Below are positions 35,601 through 45,746 of a stretch of 55,241 nucleotides of DNA, piece after piece. The DNA is from Catajapyx aquilonaris (Eukaryota). Each line of letters opens with the position of its first letter. Position 1 is the stretch's first letter. The stretch is taken from positions 1-55,241 of the forward strand of contig KZ538672.1 in assembly GCA_000934665.2 (NCBI GenBank), given 5' to 3'. Below the pieces are notes generated by a model. That model did no database searches. It had not been told where the DNA came from and was given only the letters and a program-made list of their open reading frames with translations. Made by a program: the position numbers and the translations under genes.

Positions 35601-38600
35601 CTGAAAAACTATTAGCAGTGCAGCGAGATCGGGAGAGAAGTGAGAAGATAAACAGCGTTCTTGGGGTCTGTAAAATTGTCTGGAAGACTGCCATTTTACT
35701 TGTCCAAATTGGAGTTAAATGATATTGTCTTGCAGCCTGATGAAGAATCTGCTGTGGGAGAGTCATGTCCCATGTCAGTGCCCATGTCATTGCCCATGTC
35801 ATTGCCCATGTCAGTGCCTCATAGTCAGCATTCTACAGAAGGGATGACTCGTCGTGTGTTGGCTGCAGTAATTAAGGACAAGTTACCTCAGGGTATCGTG
35901 GAAGATGACCAGGCAATATTAGGTGAGTCTCAAGTGAGAAGCCGGTAGGGCATCGTGGGAATGTCTCAACTCATCTAACATTTCTCTTATTAGACAAGCA
36001 CGTGTCTCGGGTCTGGTCAGAAACACCTTCATGGTCTTCAGGGGGGCTCTCTCCGCGTCCACATTCGCCAGAGGGCATGCGGCGGCGATCACGTTGTCCC
36101 GCTGTATCCATACCGATGGGAAAGGTAGGTGTTTGTTATAGTAGGGAGCAAGAAACAGTGACAACAGAATTCTGGAATAAACTCTTTGACTTTTCCTTTA
36201 TGACAGGGTGGCGGCGTATTTGGACCTGCCCACGCGCCACATGCCACCTCCTGCCATCCCATGGATACAGTTGGAGTATTCAATCCATATCAAGCTCGTA
36301 CAGCTTACTCGCACCATCGGAGAAAAGAGAAGGTACAAAAGGTGATTCAAGTTATTTCCTGGTCTTAGGCCAATTGTTTAATGCAAATTGGAACTATTGT
36401 GAAGACAAATTTTTTTCAGGATGTGTATTCCATCTTTTCCTCCGATTCTGGGAATGTGCGCGACTTCCAGGATGGATCAGAGCAGTATTTCCACATCCCT
36501 AAATCAAAATCCATGCCTGACTATGGTGAAGTGCAGAATCAGGAGTTGTTTCCAAACTGTGCTGGTCAGTGGAGATTCTGAAATTTATCCTCATAATATA
36601 TACAGTAGATGCCACATTCATTCCTGTTGTATGAATTAGGTTTTGATCCAAGTCGTCGGGTTGGAAGGGATGCAATGCGCAAGTCTGTGGCTAAGAAGGT
36701 TTGCAATGATCTCACGGACAGCGGAGTGAGTGTCATATCAGACACCCCACCCTCCGTCCCTTTTGCTGCCGATCAAAAGTATGTGTTTGTCTGTTAAATT
36801 TCTTGTGGGTGGATTCTCAAAGTATAACTCAATTCTTCTTTCTCAGGGTGCGCTCTTGGGTGATGGATGCCAAAAAATACAAACCTCAGCAGTACGTGGA
36901 TATGGAGAAAGAGTCCTCAAAGCACCGTACTCGTTCAAGCAATGCAACATCACCTAGTACCTCCAGGTCAGTTGGAATTTGGACAAGACTTCAGATATTT
37001 TGTATTGTAATAGACCTCATGAAGCAAATTATAAAGTGTCATAATTAGAAAAGGAGCTGGTGGTGCAAGAGTCATGTAAAAATGCCATTTTTAGTAGTCA
37101 TTGCTAACACCACTCATCATGTTGTAGGTCAAGTCGGAAACAAACATCTGCTTATTCTGCCAACTCACGTTCTAATTCTTTGGAAAGATGCAGCCTGGGA
37201 ATGATAGGAGTTGTTGGAGATGGAGTTCCCAACCAACCAATGGCCACAGACATACTCATGCCTCGATTGCCCCAGCCCAACACTGAAACACAACTATTGG
37301 AAACACGTAGGAGGCTGGAAGAAGACGTGCTGGGGAAAGTTGTCAAGCCAAGGTACTTGGACTTAACTCTTTCGCCGCCGCTACTCCCCCCGCTTAACTC
37401 ATGCATGACTTAATCGTATTTTAAAAATTCAATATCTCACCAAGGTGATGTGTTAGCCCCATGCCGCGTATATCATTCGAACCGCACTGAATCGCTGCTC
37501 CCGCCAGATTTACTGTGCCGCCCCCACAGTCTAGGCCGCTCATATCATAACAGCTATAACTACTAATACGCATCTACTCTGGGGTCGGAAAAAACGTAGT
37601 GTGAATTATACAGGATAAAAAAACCAATCTATGCAACATATTGCTTAGAACCCCATCTAACTAATTACTGAATTCCCAGAATTGTGCTAGACTTCATACA
37701 ATCTCTCTCATTGCACGTATAACCTTTTCCAATATGGCCGCCAGAAGATGACGTCATACTAAAAAGTCCCACAAAGCACTTGAGCATGTGATTTTTCTGT
37801 TGAAATCTGCGTTTTTTTGCATGTGAATGTGCCGAAAACCGCGTTAATATATAATTAATAGATTTTTTTGCAAATGATTCTCAAAATGTTTGTCCGTGGA
37901 GCACGGACACGGCAATGAAAGAGATAACCAGTTGGTTAGCTAATTTGATAAACCAGATTCCAGTAGCATATAAATGCTTTCAAGGCATGGACGAGACATT
38001 GACACTCATGACCACTTGTTGCAGGACCTCCAGTTCAGTAAAGCCGCAGCACTTGGAAACTTCAAATCCCTCCACCTTGAAGAAGAGTCGTTGCAGCAGT
38101 GGTGCTACTTGCTCCCGAAGTTTGGCCCCTCCACACCCATCTTCTGGAGCAGCTGAAGCAGGTGACTGCACGGTGGTCATGTACAGCTTTTGTGATGAGG
38201 AAGTGCCATACCGCAGTCGCTTGCCAGGAAAGCCTGTCACGCTGCGACAATTTAAGGAGCTTCTTCCAAAGAAGGGGAACTATAGGTCAGTGACAAATTG
38301 CACTCAATCATGACCACAAGTTAATACAGTTGACAATCTCTTATCTGAAACCATTGGGGCCAGGCATTTTTCTGAATTCAGAATGATTATAAATTTTGGA
38401 ATGATACAGGTTTATAATCATGAATGGTCCACGATCTTTTGTGATTTAATTAAGAAAAATACACGTCCTCAAACTCACTACGAACCATCAAATGTGATGT
38501 GGTTTCAATAGTTGAAGGACTTGTTTACATCAGTGGAAGAATCTAGCCTTGAAATAATGGAGGTTGAATCCCGGGTTCCCAAATCCTAGATCAGGGGTAT

Positions 38601-39670
38601 TCAACTAGTTTATGACAAGGTCCAGTAATTGGCTTTCCTGGGCCATTGAACGTCGGGACGACAACCCCCCCCCCCAGGTAAAAATATCTAGATTTTATAT
38701 GGTACTGTGCTGGACATATTAGCCGTCGCTGAATGTTTTTTTCCGGCGGTGGCGGGGTTACCTGGCAACCCTGTCCGGCGGGCCAATTCAAACATCAGCC
38801 CATGGAGAGCGCTTCCATTGTTGCCACTGTTTACAAATCGAGTGAGTGACGCGGACGACCCAGCACTCACTCGATTTGTAAACAGTGGCAACAATCGAAG
38901 CACTCTCCATGGGCTGATGTTTGAATTGGCCCGCCGGACGGGGTTGCCGAAAAAAAACATTCAGCGACGGCTAATTTGTCCAGCACTGTACAACAAGGTT
39001 CATATTCGAAAATAGAAACATGTGCAGCAAGGGTAGAAGGGGTGAACAAGCCGTAAAGGGTGGAATACGGCTTTTTTTTAGGGTTCAAGGTCCCACGAGC
39101 TTAGGTGAATGTGGGACATTTGAATGGGTGTGTATTTGATGAAATTGGTCGGCCCTTTTTCCAAAAAATCATGAATTAGTAATTTATCATGCTATTTCAA
39201 ACCGTCCTGTATATTGTCGCGGTCCGGACAAAATTGCGTCGCGGTCCGCCAGTTGAATACTGCCGATAATGCTACACCAAGCTGGCCACAGGCGCTAGCA
39301 TAGGGTGCATATGGGAAGATACACTAGCGCCTATGTGGGAAGGGCACAGCTTTTTCTATTGGGCTGGGATAGAAGTGTCTGGGGGCTGCTGTGGTGAGAG
39401 AATTGTTTACCAGCTGCAACCTGAGGTAGAACATTGAAAACATTTTTCTCATACACGTCAAGAGCAACATGTTTAGCCTTTTTTGGTGGCCCCTCCTCCA
39501 ATAAGTGATTAGCAAAAGAGTTAATTGTGTTCATCCCTTGTAGGTTCTTTTTCAAGACTCCTTGTGATGAAGTGGATGAGAAAGTGATTCAAGAGGAAGT
39601 GCATGAAGACAATGACATTCTTCCTCTTCTGGATGGTAAAGTGTTTGCAGTGGTGAAACCAGCGGAGTGA
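28956..39670 (+). CDS. Axn: Axin, spliced CDS core: join(28956-29664,32430-32558,35353-35497,35561-35665,35736-35922,35994-36124,36207-36332,36420-36564,36640-36778,36847-36966,37128-37352,38025-38285,39544-39670); N-terminal exon(s) upstream
   Basis: All introns are GT-AG and phases join without stops (2549 nt plus 1 nt from a phase-1 upstream exon, about 849 aa). The order RGS, GSK3-binding, beta-catenin-binding, DIX is diagnostic of Axin. Confidence 0.96.
31284..31821. mobile_element. pogo/Tigger-like non-autonomous element
   Basis: TA-CAGGTAGCC ... GGCTACCTG-TA. Confidence 0.5.
32430..32558 (+). CDS. Axn: Axin exon (PNPYH...[16 protein letters not shown])
   Basis: Conserved Axin motif. 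Acceptor gcattcag, donor gtaagt, phase 2-2. Confidence 0.93.
32630..32995. mobile_element. Imperfect palindromic MITE
   Basis: GGGGGTTTGCCACGG...GGGATCAGGAGCCAAG is mirrored by CTTGGCTCCTGATCCC...CCGTGGCAAACCCC. Confidence 0.65.
33465..33809 (+). mobile_element. tRNA-derived SINE (family B)
   Basis: GGTTCGATACC B box, (TTA)n tail, flanked by ATAGGAACTTAC. Confidence 0.88.
33822..34670 (+). mobile_element. 5'-truncated RTE LINE
   Basis: Encodes [10 protein letters not shown]...[11 protein letters not shown]...WCRLING-stop, then a 3' UTR of about 580 bp and a (GGT)n tail. TSD ATAGGAACTTAC. Confidence 0.92.
35353..35497 (+). CDS. Axn: Axin exon (FIPRTSR motif)
   Basis: Acceptor attttcag, donor CAG|gttggt. 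The IPRT motif precedes the GSK3-binding helix in Axins. Confidence 0.85.
35561..35665 (+). CDS. Axn: Axin exon, GSK3-binding helix
   Basis: [22 protein letters not shown] resembles Axin1 VEPQKFAEELIHRLEAVQR. Preceded by a 63-bp intron. Confidence 0.9.
35736..35922 (+). CDS. Axn: Axin exon with PMS(V/L) repeat, start of beta-catenin-binding region
   Basis: Acceptor tcttgcag. Ends EDDQAIL with donor G|gtgagt. Confidence 0.88.
35769..35816 (+). repeat. Coding tandem repeat, 4 x 12 bp CCCATGTCA(G/T)TG = PMS(V/L)
   Basis: Read directly inside Axin exon 35736-35922. Confidence 0.95.
35994..36124 (+). CDS. Axn: Axin exon, beta-catenin-binding motif
   Basis: Splicing rebuilds [18 protein letters not shown]. 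Donor AAG|gtaggt. Confidence 0.92.
36207..36332 (+). CDS. Axn: Axin exon (...HHRRKEK)
   Basis: Phase 0-0. Joins to give [17 protein letters not shown]. Confidence 0.82.
36420..36564 (+). CDS. Axn: Axin exon ([11 protein letters not shown]...KSKSMPDY)
   Basis: Motifs I recall from arthropod Axins. Acceptor ttttttcag, donor G|gtcagt. Confidence 0.88.
36640..36778 (+). CDS. Axn: Axin exon ([12 protein letters not shown])
   Basis: Phase 1-2, donor gtatgt. Arthropod Axin DSGVS motif. Confidence 0.88.
36847..36966 (+). CDS. Axn: Axin exon (KVRSWVMD)
   Basis: Acceptor ctttctcag, donor AG|gtcagt, phase 2-2. Confidence 0.85.
37128..37352 (+). CDS. Axn: Axin exon (PNQPM...[22 protein letters not shown])
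   Basis: Matches the Axin MPPxxxPNxxxQLEEARRRLEE motif. Phase 2-2. Confidence 0.92.
37367..37923. mobile_element. piggyBac-like (TTAA) MITE in an Axin intron
   Basis: TTAA-CTCTTTCGCCGCCG ... CGGCAATGAAAGAG-ATAA. Confidence 0.55.
38025..38285 (+). CDS. Axn: Axin exon, DIX domain N-half
   Basis: [38 protein letters not shown]. Donor AG|gtcagt. Confidence 0.95.
38592..39265. mobile_element. hAT-like MITE hosting a palindromic MITE
   Basis: CAGGGGTATTCAACT ... AGTTGAATACTGCCG with subterminal GCGGTCCG repeats. TSD not evident. Confidence 0.65.
38705..38988. mobile_element. Near-perfect palindromic Tc1-like MITE
   Basis: Arms of about 130 bp around a loop of about 14 nt, flanked by TA. Confidence 0.88.
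39544..39670 (+). CDS. Axn: Axin last coding exon, DIX C-half and stop
   Basis: [41 protein letters not shown] then TGA at 39668-39670. Acceptor cccttgtag. Confidence 0.95.
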
Positions 39671-40380
39671 AGTAAGTACTTCTCAAGGCAGGCGAAGCAG
39701 GGATGTTAGCCGGGTTCTTTGTGCAGTTGTCTACCTCCCTCCCATTCCCCCCACTTGCCCCCCCACCCTTTGCCATTATTTCAAATACACACACACACAT
39801 ACACACACACATGTACTCTCTGACACAAGTTCCGATCCATTTGCACCCAGAGAATCCGGTGAAATGAAACAAGTACCTCAACAGACATGTGTGCCTGTCA
39901 GTGCATGGGTTTCTCGCTTTGTTGTGACTGGTCAAACTGCCAGAGTGATGAACAAGACTGCTAAATTTTAGTGTGGTTTAGTGCCTTTTTGACTCAAGTT
40001 GTTTCCTACGTTGGTGAGAAATGCAAAGCCACTTGTGTAGTTGAACTTTTTAATTTGTACATAATTTGCATATTGATTTTATAAGAGCTGGTGGAGTTCC
40101 AAAAAGACACGACTCATAATTATGACTGATTGTAATCACAGCTTCTGACAGCCTGGTTTCACTGCATGCATACCATGTGGAAAACATGCAGAGTGGAGGA
40201 AGACCAACAGGTGTTTTGTACCCTGAGGTGGGTACTTGTATTTAGAACAGTGCCCACCTTGTGGCCTAAAGGGCAGCTAACAGACCTTCCTAGCCTCTAC
40301 CCTTGTTTCCCTCTTATTTATAGACCTCCCATCGCAGATTTAACCCTCTTTGTTGTTGGTGTTTTTGCTGCTATTATTTT

Positions 40381-40384
<4 letters not shown>

Positions 40385-40436
<52 letters not shown>
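40385..40436. repeat. (TAT)n microsatellite
   Basis: Read directly. Confidence 0.95.
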
Positions 40437-41871
40437 GTCATGGTAATTTGACTTCCAGTTAACTCCCAATGATATTTGACATTGTTGTAAAGCAAATCGA
40501 CAATTCTGGACAAGTCATCGTGCAGTGCATTGCAGCTGTTAGTCTGTTCTTGTGCAGATTATTGAAGGACAGTGTGCCATGTTCTGCTCAAATATTGGGG
40601 AAACACATGATCCCAACCCTAATGGATTGCAGAAGTCAGTGCTATCTTGGTCAGGCTTGTACTCGGCAGGTTCATTCACACAGGAATTGTGGGTATTGGA
40701 AAAGGTGTAAGGTGCATTCACAGATGATTTGATGCTTTTTCAAACTGGAATTCTCAACCGTGTCTGCTACTTCAACACAGTATCAGCAATATTGTTAAGT
40801 AAAATTCTACAGGTCATTTACATAGGGCTTCTGAGAACTACTAGCCATAATTGTTACATATTAGTAACAAGAAAATGATCGCAGGGTGCTGGTTCCACAG
40901 TTATCTGATTATGAGGTAGTAGGTAAGTATTAGTGCAACAGACGTGACAAGAAATATGTACTATTCCAACATTTCAAGGATATACTAGGATATTGGGACA
41001 CTTATTTTGATTTTTGCACTAGCAAGGAGAGGTTAAGTGATTTGTATGAACCTTGCCCAGTAGGTGAAGAAGGTGGCCAGAAATCACTTGTGAAATTGAA
41101 GAGTCATTTTGGGCCAGCTAAGGTTAGAAGGGAGAGCCAGTTGGTGGGTTCTGGTTCATCATCCAAAGGTCTTGAGGTGCACTCACATTCCTCTCTCTCT
41201 CTCTCTCTCTCTCTCNCCCCCCCCCCCCCCATTACACATCTGTTGCTGCAGATAAATTCATCAGATATTTGTGACATTATCTTGTTATCTGATGAAATTA
41301 AATTGTTTCTGATTTCCCAATGTTTTCTGAATGACATTGCAGTTTTCCATAGGCTCATTAATTGAACATAGAGCAATATAGTATTGGGGACTTGGATCTC
41401 TAGATCTTGACTTTGTCAATCAGAATGGACCTTAAACCTTGCTAGTACCCTTTGAGGTGCCATGCTAATGTGAGTTCTTGTAACTTAAAACTGAAGAGAT
41501 TAAGTTGGGGCTCAGATCTGTCAATTCTTCAGTATCTCACCACCACCCTCACAACTAAGCTTTGTGGCCATCCCACGTCACCTCATTCTCAGTCAAATAT
41601 TTGCAGTTATCTGGAATACCCATCTTTTTAGTGTGGTTTGCACATATGATTATTTATGAATTAGAGTGCACGGGCGATGTTTGCATTCCAAGGAAAGTGA
41701 ACGTCACGAACAGGGCCTGGACGTGACCTTTTTCTACACTGATTTTGTAGATAGAGCTTTTTTCCTTGGGATGGCAGATGTGCAAGGGAATATCAACTTG
41801 CTTAAGGCTGGTTGCATTATTGATGGTAATCTAGAACAAGTGTTTATACCATGTTATTCATATAGGATTAA

Positions 41872-42683
41872 CCCTAATAAGACGGGTGGTTTTTTGCGTT
41901 TTTGCAAGTATCTGCAAAAAATTCGCCTGCTTTGGCACTTGGGGGATGAGACTTGAAAACACTAGTGAATAAGATCGTCTAGTGTCCAGGCATGATCCTG
42001 AGGCCATCTATGTGACCCTCCTCTCATGCCATACGGAGGGATAAAGTCTTAAATGCGCAAACAAGGTGGCGCAGGGGTATGTTTTGCACCTACTCCAATT
42101 TTTTGTCACTCTGCCTGCTTGACAAAAAATTATCGGTATGTAGTTTTTGCACCGCTGAACGAAGCAGTACATAAACACATGGCATGAATTATGTCGCAGG
42201 CCTGCGAGGCGAGCTATATTAATCAACACACAACCCCTCACATGTGTAAACAACCTTTGCGCCACAGCTATTCGAAACTCCCGCGGAGCATGCACCCGTA
42301 CATCCACATGGAGGCCGGCGATGAAGTGTGCAGATGCCCGCCAGCCAGTAATTAGCATTTATGAACATTATTTATTTATTTTAAAACTATTGAATCATCT
42401 TTTGCACTAATTTTCGGGTGCAATCTCTTGAGGAGGTTTGGAGGTAACTATGTATGCCAAAAATTTGCCGGTCAAGGTCGGATTTTAAAAAAAAAGGTTT
42501 TTCTCAGCAGCCGCAAAAAGATGGTTTCATTCAAGTTAATCTGGTTAATCCGGTTTATTTATGCACGATTTTGTAGTCCAAAACTCGCGATTTTTCACGC
42601 GAGAGAAAATTTAAAAAGCCACACAGAAACCATGTTACATTAAAGCCACCGTCACAGCATATGTGACGACCATCTTATTAGGG
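41872..42683. mobile_element. piggyBac-like MITE
   Basis: TTAA-CCCTAATAAGACGG ... CCATCTTATTAGGG-TAAA. Confidence 0.75.
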
Positions 42684-43266
42684 TAAATAATAACTTGTTA
42701 TGCATTTACTATCAGTCAGCACAGCCAGGCCTTAGACATGACTGTACACTAATGCAAGAAAGAGCCATTCCAGCAGTGCCTAATGTTATACGTTATGGTA
42801 ACCATAATTGAAGACTTCGGGGGAGGAATGATCATGGTCCACTTTTTGTCAAAAAAAGAGTTACATATCTCAGTTTTACTAGAGTAGAATATGACGGTTT
42901 GTTTGTGGTTGTGAGGTAATGATCATAGGTCACTATGGAAGGCCCTGAAAGTGGGATTTACGATAGAACCTTATGGGCCTTAGAAATTTGAAATTTAAGT
43001 ATCTCAGTTTCACCTGAGGCGGACCTTGATTGTTCTTCCCCCGAGGTCTTCCAATTATATCACAACTGTAAGTGACATGCAACACTGGAGATTCCTTGAT
43101 ACCTCATTTGGTGATGAATTCCTTCTTTTGCTAATAATATAGGTTGAAATGTGATAATAGATAATGAAAGCTAACACAACTGGCTGTCCTTTAAATATTG
43201 GTTTCATATTTAGGTGCACTGGAATTTTCATGACAATAAGGCAGTAGTCAAAACCAGAGGCTTTCA

Positions 43267-43323
<57 letters not shown>
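43267..43323. repeat. (CTA)n microsatellite
   Basis: Read directly. Confidence 0.95.
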
Positions 43324-43341
43324 GTACTACCTTTCATAATA

Positions 43342-43441
43342 CAGTGAAACCTTGATTCATCATTCCGGGATGTACTGTTTTCACTGATCCGTTGTTCAAT
43401 TCCTATGATCCTGACGAAAACCATGAATTGAGGTTTAACTG
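43342..43441. mobile_element. 100-bp Tigger/pogo-like MITE
   Basis: TA-CAGTGAAACCTTGATTCAT ... ATGAATTGAGGTTTAACTG-TA. Confidence 0.7.
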
Positions 43442-43913
43442 TACTATGCTCCTCTAATTACCAAAACGTGGCTTTTTAAATACTGTGAAAGTAGCATATG
43501 ATTCAAAATAAAATATCCTTGCACTTGGGGTTTTCAAGGGAGAAGTGGCTAATAGCGGTGAGAGAGACTGCAATGTGTTTTGAAGAATTGTTGACGTAAC
43601 TGTTTGCCATCTATTATGAAATTTTGGAGCTCACATATGAGTCGAGGTTTTCTTACCCAACTTTAGAATGGAAATAATTGTGGGCAACGTGGAATGTCTG
43701 TCTCTGGCCTGAGTTTATTTCATCAACTCTATTCTTTTCCTCTCCACCATTGCTATGCAGAAAGGCACATTACTAGTGTGCTAGTAGGAAAGGGTGGCCG
43801 TTGATATTTCAATGTTGCCATTTTTTTCAATGAAGTAGTCCATGAGTCATGACACATGACCCATTTACATCAGTACTCCTACTCATGAGCATGTGGTTTG
43901 TAAGGTCATAGTA

Positions 43914-44519
43914 CAGTAAAACTTCTATAAGTCGAATCTCCATGGGACCGGAAAAAAACTTCGAGTTATAGAAGATTCGAGTTAGAGAAGTTTGGATTTT
44001 TTTAAAGCACATAACTCTATAAGGAAGCCTACCTTTATATCCAGCGACGAAAGGTCTTCAAAATTTAAAAATAACTGTCACTATCACAGTAAACAATGTT
44101 CCTCGTTGTTTTGTTGTAAAAAAAAAATCTCCGTTATGGACATTAGCCTATACTCTTAGATTCAAGGATCCAATTGTCACAATCGAGTCAAACACTTCTT
44201 TCGGTACGTCTGGTCGACGGAGATGAGGAAATTGAGCCTTTCTGTACATGTGGCCTACTCTCGACCCTTCTGCTGGGAAATGAGACAATTTTCTGTACTC
44301 GCCAACATGAACTTGGACTTGGGGAGACTGAAAATGCATTGATATCCCATCGTAAGGCCCTGCCTGCACTTCGAGTTATGGAGAACTTCGAGTTATAGAA
44401 ATTCGAGTTAGGGAAGTTTATTTCCTATTCTTTTACATTGGGACCAACCAAGATCATCATTTTCTTCGACTTATAGAGAACTTCCACTTAGGGAAGTTCG
44501 ACTTATAGAAGTTTTACTG
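43914..44519. mobile_element. Tigger/pogo-like MITE
   Basis: TA-CAGTAAAACTTCTATAAGTCGAA ... TTCGACTTATAGAAGTTTTACTG-TA, with subterminal TTCGAGTTA repeats. Confidence 0.9.
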
Positions 44520-45454
44520 TAGCTATTTTATCGTATTATAATGGAAATAATGCAGAACCTTGCCCAGGTTGTGACTGATATTTTTGGTGTAACTTGTGCC
44601 AAATGTCTGAATTTTTCAAAAAGTGCATCAGGGTATTTCCCTAGGAAAACTATTTTTTCATGTTCCAGTTGTCATAGAAGATGATGGCAAAGTAGGATCA
44701 TGATAATGTTAATATGAAGGTATGGCGCCATGCTCACAGCGAGTTTCATAGCACAATTTAGTCAAAACAAGTATGTTGGATTTTTCCTATGATGTTAGAA
44801 AATATGAGTCGTCGAATATTTTTTTTTGTCTGTGAAATGTTGCCATTTTGTCAGGGGAGACGGAACATTTCGCACAAGTTTTTGACTTGTATGTGAGGAA
44901 ATTCAGTACATGCCTACTAGTTGTACCTCATGAAATAATATGAATGTCATTTACAGTCTCATATTTTGAATATGTGTAACTAAGCATTTGATTTATTGGG
45001 AGTTGGTTGTATCAATTCAAATTAAAGAGAGAGGGTCGAATTTTCATCTCACTTAGCAGTAACTAGCAGTGGGACGAAAATTCCACCTAAAGTCTCTTGC
45101 CATGTCCAATACATATTAGGAATACCAATGCATAATTGGAGGTTGTTCCTAATTTGTGTTCATACAGTCAGCCCTGAGAAAATAGCATAAGTGAATTATT
45201 GCTTCAACCAGAGAATTATCCTAACGTTACAGTGAGCAACAATGACTCATGAATGTCAACAATGGAACTACGAAAAGGCTTATGACACTGATACTATTCT
45301 CTGGCTGAATGAACAGTACATTTAAGGCCAAGGGCACCTGCAAGCAGGAAATAGGTAGCCAGTGTATGTTGAACATCCACCTGACTGTCTCTCAATCAGT
45401 TAGTTTTTCAACACAAACTGTCTGGACCAGCCCCCGGACACTTATACTACATTC

Positions 45455-45746
45455 TGCCTGCCGAGGAGTTTTGCAGTGGGTGCTCACCTGAGAGCGCCAT
45501 GAGACATTTCCCGGAGCAGTTATGTGGCGACCCTACCGGACTAGGCTGAACTTGATAGGTACAAAAGGGAAGCGCTACATTGGGGGACCCAACATGGGCG
45601 CCGGCGGCCATGTTGGGCCCACATGTAGCGCTTCCCTTTTGTACCTATAAAGTTCAGCCTAGTCCGGTAGGGTCGCCACGTGATAGCTGCGGGAAATGTC
45701 TCGTGGCGCTCTCAGGTGAGCACCTGCTGCAAAACCCCTCGGCAGG
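45455..45746. repeat. About 290-bp foldback palindrome (MITE-like)
   Basis: CCTGCCGAGG...GTGGCGACCCTACCGGACTAGGCTGAACTT is mirrored around about 45600. Confidence 0.85.

Larger units (their letters stand above)
39671..43512 (+). other. Probable Axin 3' UTR (end uncertain)
   Basis: Follows the stop. Pumilio element TGTACATA at 40056-40063. The first AATAAA I noticed is at 43507, another is at 47616. Confidence 0.35.

Noticed and set aside
43914..44519. Spaced TTCGAGTTA repeats (and TGGAGTGCA repeats at 28.6-28.8 kb) as CRISPR-like arrays
   Set aside because: They are short, irregularly spaced subterminal repeats inside TIR elements in a eukaryotic locus, with no cas genes.
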